From NCBI RefSeq assembly GCF_009914755.1, contig NC_060926.1: a stretch of 64,000 bases of DNA; one strand, written 5' to 3'. Below the pieces are notes generated by a model. The model did no database searches. It was given only the letters and a program-made list of their open reading frames with translations, and was not told the DNA's origin. This DNA is from the human T2T-CHM13v2.0 reference genome, Homo sapiens. The first letter of the stretch is position 1; every line of letters begins with the position of its first letter. Below are positions 54,998 through 64,000 of the stretch, in pieces. Both the position numbers and the translations under genes were made by a program.

Positions 54998-57931
54998 CTA
55001 AGTATTCTTTGTGATGTTATTGTAAATGGGATTGCTTTCTTATTTTCTTTTGTGGATAATTTGCTATTGGTGTATAGAAAGACAACTGATTTTTTATGTT
55101 AATTTCATACCTTGCAATTTCACTGAATTCATTTTTTATTTCTGACAGATTTTATTTGATCCTTACGGCGTTTACTAATAAGATCATATCACCTACAAGC
55201 AGGGATTGTTGTACTTTTTCCTTTCAAATTTCAAAGCTTTTTGTTTATTTTTTTCTTGCCTAATTGCTGTGATTAGAAGTTTCAGTACTATCCTGAATAC
55301 AAGTGGTGAGAGTGGTCATCCTTTTTTTGTTCCTGCTTTTTTCAACTTTTTATCACTGAGTATGCTGTCAACTGTGGGCTTTTCATAGATGGCATTAATT
55401 TCATTAACATAATTTTGTTCTATTCCTAGTTTATTGAGAGGTTTTGCTGTGAAAAATTTTGGATTTTTTTTCAAATGCTTTCTTTTTGCACCCATTAAGA
55501 TGATAATGTTGTTTTTATCCTTCATTATGTTAATGCACTATATCACATTTATTAATTTTCATTTTTTGAATCCTTCTTGTATCCCAAGAATAAATTCCAC
55601 TGACTCACAGTGTATGATCCTTTTACTATGAAGTTGATTCTGTTTGCTAGTATTTTGTTGAGGTTTTTTCCATTTATGTACATTAGAAATATTGGTCTGT
55701 AGTTCCCTTTCCTTGTAGCATCTTTGTCTATCTTTGGTATCAGGATAATGCTGGCCAAATAAAATGTATTTATAATGTTCTTCCCTCTTCAATTTTTTTT
55801 GGAAGAAATTGAGAAGGGTTTGCATTAATTCTTCTTTAATATTTAAATATTTGTTAGAATTCTTCAGTGAAACTATCCAGTCTTGTTTTTTTTTTCGCTG
55901 TTGAGAAGTTTTTCATTACTGATTCAATCTCCATATATATTGCTATTATGTCCTAATTTTCTATTTCTTTAGATTTCAGACTTGATTAGTTGTATGTTTC
56001 CAGAAATGTATTCTTTTCTTCCAGGTTATTCTATTTTTTGGAATATAATTGTTTCTAGTAGTCTCTCATGATCCTTTCTATTTATGTGTCATTAGTTTTA
56101 AAGTCACTTTCATTTTTTATTTATATGAATGTTTTCTTTTTTGTTTCTGTTTACCTAATAATTTGTCAATTTTGCTTATCTTTACAAATAATCAACTCTG
56201 CTTCATCATACATGTCTGTTTTTCTGTTTTCTATGTATTTCTCCTCTGATAATTGTTATTTCTATCCTTTTGCTAATGTGCTTTTTTTTCCTCTGATTCC
56301 ATTGAGGTGTAGTTAAGCTGTTTACTTGAATATTTCTTCTTTTTAAAATATGGTCCTTAATTGCGATGAACCTCCCTCTTACTACTGATTTTGCTGCATA
56401 TCATAAGTTTTGATATGTTGTGCTTTTATTTTTATTTGTCTCAAGATGTTTTCTGATTTTCCTTTTCACCTCTTTTTTGATTCATTGGTTATTCAAAAGT
56501 GTGTTGTTTAATATTTACATATTTGTAAATTTTCCCATTTTCCTTCTTAATGATTTCAAGTTTTCTTCTATTGTAATATGAAAATATACTTGGCATGATT
56601 CAATCTTCTCATATTTGTAAAGATTTGTTTTGTAATCTAACTTGTGATCTATCCTGGAGAACATTTTCTGTGTGCTTGATAAGAATGTATGTTCTGCTGT
56701 TGTTGGGTTGAATGTTCTATACAAGTCCATTAGGTTTATTACGTCTGTAGTGGTGTTCAAATCTAATGTTTTCTTATTTATCCTCTATCTATTATTAAAA
56801 GTGGGGTATTGAAGTCTCTTACTATTATGGTGGGACTATTTATTTTCCCTTCAGTTCTGTCAATATTCATTTATATATTTAGATGCTCTGACACTGGGTG
56901 TATATATATTTGTAATTCTTATATCTCCATGATGAACTGACCATTATAATTACAATATAATATAATAATGTAATGTCTTTCTTTGTCTTGTTTGAAAGTT
57001 TTTCACTTAAAGTCTATTTTGCCTGCTACAAGCAGAGCCACTCCTGCTTTCTTTTGATTGCCATTTACATAGAATATATTTTTCTATTCCTAAACTTTTA
57101 GCCTGTGTCGTTAAATCTAAAGTGAGTGAAGACAGCATATATTTGGATTTTTAAAATCCATTTAGCTACATTATGTCTTTTGAATAGGGAGGTTAGTCTA
57201 TTTACATTTAATTATCAATAGGAAAGAACTCAATTTTCCCATCTTATTAGCTGTTTTGTCTCATGATTGTTTTGTCTCTATTTTCCTCTCTTGTTTTTTC
57301 CCTTGAGTTTTGTTTATTTATTATATTAATATGCCATGAATCCTTTCTCTTTTTCTTTTCTGTTACTTCCATATGTATTTTCTTTGTTATTACTATGGGT
57401 ATTACGTAAAGTAATGTATTTGCACAAAACCTTAAATCAATTGCAAAAAAAAATCTACTCTTTTCTCCCCACTACTTCATGTAATTAATATCACATTTAA
57501 CATTTTTTTAATGTGTGTTCATTAACAAATTTTAATATTTATATGTATTTTTAAATACTTCTGTATTTTAACTTTTATACAAAAATTAAAATTCATTTAC
57601 CCACATCCATTACAGTATTACAGTATTCTCTATTTTTTATATAGTTACCTTTATCAACAATTTTTTTTATATGTTTGTGTATTGCCATTTAGCCTCCTTT
57701 CTTTTCAACCTGAAGAACTTGTTTATCATTTGTAAGACAGGTCCAGTGGTGAAGTCTCTCACTTTTGTTCTTCTGGAGAAGTCTTTCTCTTGCCTTTATA
57801 TTTGAAAGACCATTTTGTTGGTATCATATTCTTGATTGATAATGTATTTTCTTTCAGCACTTTGAATATGTCATCACACTCCACTGTGGACTGCAATAAT
57901 TCTGTTTAAAAAAATCAGATAGTCTTAAGGA

Positions 57932-57965
57932 CTTTATACAAGAGACTTAAGTCTCTTGTATAAAG
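57932..57965. repeat. Perfect 34-bp palindrome
   Basis: ctttatacaagagactt|aagtctcttgtataaag. Confidence 0.97.
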
Positions 57966-60900
57966 CATACCACTTTCCTCTTCCAACTTTTAAAATTCTT
58001 TGTCTTTGACTTTCAATAGTTTGATTATAATATATCTCAGTTTGAATTTCTTTGGGTCATCTTGTTTACTGTCCTTTGAACTTTCTGAATTTGGATGTCT
58101 ATTTTCTTTCCCAGACAGGCAAGATTTGACAAGCTTTTACCATTATTTATTTGAATATGGTTTCTGCCCCTTTCTTGATTCTCCTTTTGTAAATTCCATA
58201 ATGTGTATATTAGTTCACTTAATGGTGTCCTATAAGTCCCTTAGGCTTTCTTCACTCTTTTTTGTTAATTTTTTTGTTCTTCTGACTAAATGAATTCTAA
58301 TAACCTGACCCAGATTTGGCTGATCCTTTATTTTGCTTGATTTTATCCATTGGTGACTTCCTCTATATTAAATTTTTAGTTCAGTTATTATATTCTACAG
58401 CTCTATGATTTCTGTTTGGTACTTTTCTGTATTTACTATTTCTTTGTTGAATTTTTCACTTTGTTCATGCTTTGTTCTCTTGACCTCTGTGAGCATCTTA
58501 ATGATGGTCATTTTGAATTCTCTGTTTGGTAAGTCATATATCTGTATTTCATTAGCATCTGTTTCTGGAGATTTATCTTGTTCCTTTGTTTAGAATATAT
58601 TTCCCTGTTTCTTCATTTTTCTTGATTTTTGTATTGATGCTTATTCATTAGATACAGCAGCCACTTCTCCCCATCTCCACAGACTGAACTTTTATGAAAG
58701 AACAACCTCACTAATTAGCCCAGTCAGAGATTTTGGTGACCTCTTTAACTTGTGCTTGTTCAAATTACTGTCTTTGATATCAGCGGCCCCCAGCTCTTTA
58801 GAGTATACTGGGTTCTGTTAGCACTACAAGACAAAAGCCAGTGACTTGGACAGGCTTCGTAATAATCAGAGTATTGGATATATGATCCAGTCCTTTACTC
58901 CCCTTCCCAGGAAAAAAAATGGAATGTGGGTATTTTTTCACCGCTTATTTTGCATTGAGCTGAGAGGTAGGGCTGTGGCATGTGCTAGTATGATAATGGA
59001 TCAAAACACAGTCTCTTCTAAGTGGCCCCTGACATCTAGAGTATGCTGGGTACTGTCAACACTCTGAGACAGACATAACAAAACCACTGCCTTGGACATC
59101 CCTCAGAATAATTAGGTTGTTAGACATACGGTCCAGTCCTTTTCTTATCTCACAAGGAAAAATCTGGAAGCAAAAGGTTTTCTACTAATCATATGACATT
59201 CTACTGAGGATAGAGCTTATGGTGAAAGAGTATCTCAAATAATTATACCAGCTTTGACATGGCTGGTTTCATGCTCACATGAAATGAATGAACCTCTCAA
59301 CTTCAGAGCGTATTTTCTGTGTACTGCTGTTGAATCAGTGTGCCTGTAGAGAAAAATAGGGCCTAGGCCTTCCTCTTCTACCACATTGATAGCATGTAAA
59401 TATTTTTAATATGCTATTTTCTGTACAGAATTGTAGCAATTAAATTTATAAACCCAATTAGACAACTTTCTCATTAACAATGCACTGCATTAAGTCTAAG
59501 TTTCTTTCTCTTTTGTGTTTTACCTGGAAGAAGAAAATTCAAAATAATTTTGTATTGTATTACACATTAAGTACTCAATAATGGTTTAATCTTATCTTTC
59601 ATGTTCAATTAATATTTAGCTGACAGCTCTTTGTAAATATTATTTTAACCATTATACATATATATCTTAAAATTAAAAATTCTTTTTGATTAACATAAGT
59701 TCCCCTAGGAAGTAGATAAGTATTTTATCTTACTGTTCTTTTAAACTACACTTCACTTCCTTTCTTATCTACTACTTTCTGTGATAAATCTGCTAATTTT
59801 ATACTTAAATAGGTTTTCCTCCTTTTTATGTATTGTTTTATTCCTCTTCCATTTATTTTTTCAAAATTACAGGTAAATGTTTAGTTTTTTATGGCAATAG
59901 CAAATATAGTTATATTTCCTAAGACATTTCAAGAGAATAATTATAAATAATAAATATTCAAATGACAAGTTCTTTTCATGTCATTTTGTTCTCTCAGTTA
60001 CTATTACACTTTATCATGATTAAAAAATTATTTTTCCTTTGATATGCAGCAGTGTAATTCACCTGCTGTTGTTTGTAGGAAGTTTTCATACAGGACTGTG
60101 TTTGTCTTTCAGTGTGTTTCTATTTGCACAATATGGCCTGTTTCTTTATGGTGTTAGTCACAGCAGCTCAGATACAGCCTTTGCTGTAGATCTTGGGCTT
60201 TCTATCTCTCTAACCATTTTTAATCATAAATACCTTTTACTAACTCATAGGAACAGTTTCAAAGCCATTTTCTATCATGTCAACATCCATGACAGTACAA
60301 CAACATTTAGTTCCCCTATGCCTTTGACTGGTAACTTTGTCACCTCTTATTTGATCTTCTTAAAATTAAAAATAAATTATTCTTCTTTTCTTGAAATCTT
60401 TCTATATAATATACCTCAATTGTTGTGGAGTTTTAATATTTATTCTTTTTAAGGTGCCATGCAATTCAGTACATAAGATTATCTTTTTTATTTATTTATG
60501 ATATTAAAGTTACCATGAATAACCTTCAACTATTTAGAAATAATACATTTGTGATTTTCTTACTTTTTACTTTTGTATGCATATAATTAGAAGAGCAAAT
60601 CACATCCTTCTGAAACCATCTTTTGGAAATTTAACTTCTTTGGTTAATATCGCACTCAAAATTTAAACAAGAAAACAAAATTACTGCCTAGATCCTGTTG
60701 AATTTGTAGATTATAAATACATTGGTGTTCATGTGAGCCTGGATGCTTTATAATGCTGTGATGTTTTTCTCTGTAAAATAGAGAACAAGCACAAAGTCTG
60801 TAGCAGAAAATGCTATTAGTAGGTTTTTTAACCCTATTAAATTTCCTTTTCTTACCTATCTTGATTTTATTCAAAACTTTAATATGCTCACCTAAAATAC

Positions 60901-61079
60901 ATCTCTTTGTAGCTATGTGGGTCTGTATTCCTAGCTCAATCAAATGAAATAAAAGTAGATATAATATGTAGGACCCTGGGGAAAGTATCTCAAAGGAACT
61001 GATTATGCTCCTTTGTGCTTCCTGAAATTCAATCATGAGTCTGCAGTTCTAGTAACTAGACCTTTGGGTGTTTTAGTAA

Positions 61080-62280
61080 GCATATGGGCACTTCTCATGA
61101 CTTTTCTCCATGGTTTGCTCCAGCAATAACACCAAGCCTTCAGCTGCTCCACAGTAGGAGTTGAATTCTACATTTAGCATCCTAACTTTTCCAGCTGCTA
61201 CCTGTGAGACTAACTTGTATTCCACTTGTCTCTGTGAGCCAACAGGGCCCATGATTTACTAGGCCCTTAGGGGTGACAGAGAGCAAAGCTATGGTTTGAA
61301 AGAATATGTTGTTTGAATGATCAGGCAGGCATTTCCCACAGCTCCCCTTCTCAGCTCAGAGCAGAGCGAGTGGGTAATAAACTACAGCTCCCAGCTTTTC
61401 CTGGAGGAGAGAAGGAATTGGATTACACATATAGCACCCCTATGTTTCTGGCTGTAACTTGTGAAAATGTTTTCTATCTTGCCTATCCTGGAGCATTGAG
61501 GGAACTTGGTATACTCAGGTCTCCAGAGGACTGCTAAGAACAAGACATCAGTTTCGATGAGCACAGTGGTTTGAGAGGCACTTAGAATCTCTCGCTGTGC
61601 TATTTGGTGGGGGTCACCTTCTATCTGAAGCCAGTCTGTGAAGACTGGATAGTGTCTGATATATCTAATCTGCAGGATCCAACACAGAGAGTCAAAGAAA
61701 ATGAGTAAATAGAGAAATATGTTCCAACTAAAAGAATAAAGTAAAACTCTAGAAACTGGATCTAATGGCATAGTTATGTTATTTATTGAACATAGAATCC
61801 AAAATAATGACCATAATGATGTTAACTGAGGCCAACAGAGGAAAGCATGAACAAAGTGAGAATGTCATCAAAAAGATAGAAAGTATGGAAAAGTACCAAA
61901 GAGAAATTATAAATGTGAAGAATACAGCAAATAAGTTGAAAAATTCAATAGAAGGTTTCAACAGCAGAGATGATCAAGCAGAATAAAAAATCAGTTAACT
62001 CAAAGACAGGTTATTGAAAATCATCCAGTCGGAGATGCAAAAAAGCAGAAAGAATGAAAAAGAATGAAGTTTAAAGGAGTTATGGGACATTGTCAATCAG
62101 ACCAATGTATGCATTGTGAAATTTATAGAACAAAGAGAAAAAGCGGAAGAACGTTTATTCAAAGAAATAAAGACTAAAAACTTCCCAAACCTAGGAAAAG
62201 AAATAGACATCTAGATCTAGGAAGTCCAAAGGACATCAAATAAGATGAACCTGTAGAGACCTATACTGAGACCCATGATA
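61080..62280 (+). mobile_element. Old L1M 5' region and ORF1 remnant
   Basis: ORF1p-like KNTANKLKNSIEGFNSRDDQAE, homologous in reverse to 58300-58820. Confidence 0.85.
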
Positions 62281-62819
62281 GCAGCTGTCGTAGATCATGA
62301 AGTGGCCTTGAGGTGTGATATATTCACAATAGCCATGGAGTCACAATATCACCCTGCACTATCTACTTCCAGACTTCTTTTACTTGAGAGACAAATATTT
62401 AAATATTATTTAAAACTGATCCTAACTGATAGATGGTGAAAAGGAAAGTATGCTTAAGTTCCTTGACTTTCCATTTTCTTTTGAGTTAATTTTTATACCA
62501 TGAATTTATAATTGATGTTACTGTGCTTTAAATCTATACTTTCAACTACTAATTCTCACATAAGTAAAAAATACAAATGCTTTTGAAATTATCAATTTGA
62601 TTCTTTCTATTCTCAGTAAGAATATTTATTTTGGTTCCTGTACAGTTTTTTATAGACATAATAGTGATAAGTCTAATAAGAATAATAATAGCTAAAATTT
62701 ATGTAGCACCCATATTGTATAAGGCAGACTAGGAGATGATAGCTAATAGCTAATGATAACATCTTAGCCCTAACCTTTCTAAATGGTACATTATATCAGC
62801 CATTATTTAGCAAGATTGT

Positions 62820-63040
62820 TTTAGGTAGACTTAAGTAGACCTCAGTTTAATTTCTGTGCTATTTATAAGCTGCATGACCTTGAACAAGTTACTTAATTTC
62901 TTTAAGCGTTAATTTTAAAATGAGGTTAATTACACTTATTTCTCAAGATTATTGTAACAGTTAAATAGGGCCACACTTCTAAAGCATTTAAAACAACACC
63001 TGACACACATTATGTGCTCTCAACAAATAATGGTTATTGT
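62820..63040 (+). mobile_element. MIR
   Basis: agctgcatgaccttgaacaagttacttaatttctttaagc...acacctgacacacattatgtgctc. Confidence 0.8.
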
Positions 63041-63951
63041 GATTATTGCCATAACCTGCCAATTCTGCCAATCATTTTACACACAATTCTTCTTCACTGA
63101 TCATGCTCCCTCTTTCAATTTCTACCTGAACTATTTAGTTGCTCCAACCAGGGTGTAATCTTGAATATCTCATGGAATGTAATAATTTCTTATATTTTTA
63201 TTAATTTAATATTAGTGTTTAGGTATTTTATTTTCATTTAAACTTTCATTTATATATCTATTGTGTCCCATCTGTATTTTAAACTCCTTGTACACCACCT
63301 TTGAATATTATACTTCTTTATAGTTCTCTTAATAATTGAACAAAGAATGCTATCCACAGAATAAACCCCTAAAATATGCTCAGACAAAAATATCTGGACT
63401 ACTTAAATCTACTAGTATGCTTCCTTATGGCACAATTTCTTCCCTCAGGTCCTGAACGTTAGCTCTTTCATTGTTTTGAAGTTTCTCTTTACCCAATGAC
63501 TGAAGTTAAATTTTTTATGTTTATCCTCCAGGTTTTCTTTGATAGTATGTTTTCCACAGATTCGTTCATAGTAATCTGTCTACAAACATTTCTGACTTCC
63601 TGTGTTTCATTTTCTACCTCATAATTCTGCTTATTCAGGTTATATCTTAGAGGTCTTCCTCTACAATGCTACAGAAAGTTGCTCCATGAACCAGTGTTCA
63701 CCCTCAAAGTCTGCTTCTTGCTGCTCCAAGATGAGATGAATACAGAAATGGAGATTAAGCATTTAAAAACTTTATAACAATTTGACATTGCCTTGAAATT
63801 CAAATGTGTGATTTTCAGACTTGTCTCATTTAACTAGGATAGATTACTTTGGGTATTAGATAGGTAGTACATTGGCAAAAGCTATGAGCAAGTCATGGGC
63901 ACTTCACCAACATATAGGTCCAGGATACATTGGGGAAAAGTATGCGCATGT

Positions 63952-63983
63952 GCACACACACACACACACACACCGAGAGAGAG
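63952..63983. repeat. (CA)n followed by (GA)n microsatellite
   Basis: Direct reading. Confidence 0.9.
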
Positions 63984-64000
63984 AAAAAGTTTCTTCATCA

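Noticed and set aside
60039-60452. 137-aa hydrophobic ORF
   Set aside because: Non-ATG start, T-rich bias, no motif or supporting exon structure.

Overview
AT-rich, CpG-poor primate genomic DNA (Alus plus an L1PA2-like insertion suggest a hominoid, possibly human). There is no intact protein-coding gene, and the long ORF-track entries are L1 or Alu fragments or chance ORFs. Repeats (MIR, L2, hAT MERs, ERVL/MaLR LTRs, nested L1s) dominate from about 31.5 kb onward. The main signal is a decayed multi-exon gene on the + strand, with about 17 candidate exons from 921 to 31314 and possibly more downstream. The exons join almost entirely in phase but carry many stops, frameshifts and two dead splice sites. 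By eye the conceptual protein has a divergent Niban/FAM129-like N-terminus (PH plus helical region) and a class-I myosin TH1-like C-terminus, an architecture I do not recognise from any named human gene. These family calls rest on sequences recalled from memory and need an HMM search. Also present are a local duplication/inversion that copied one dead exon, two twin-primed L1 inversions, a small hairpin retrocopy and a perfect 34-bp palindrome.
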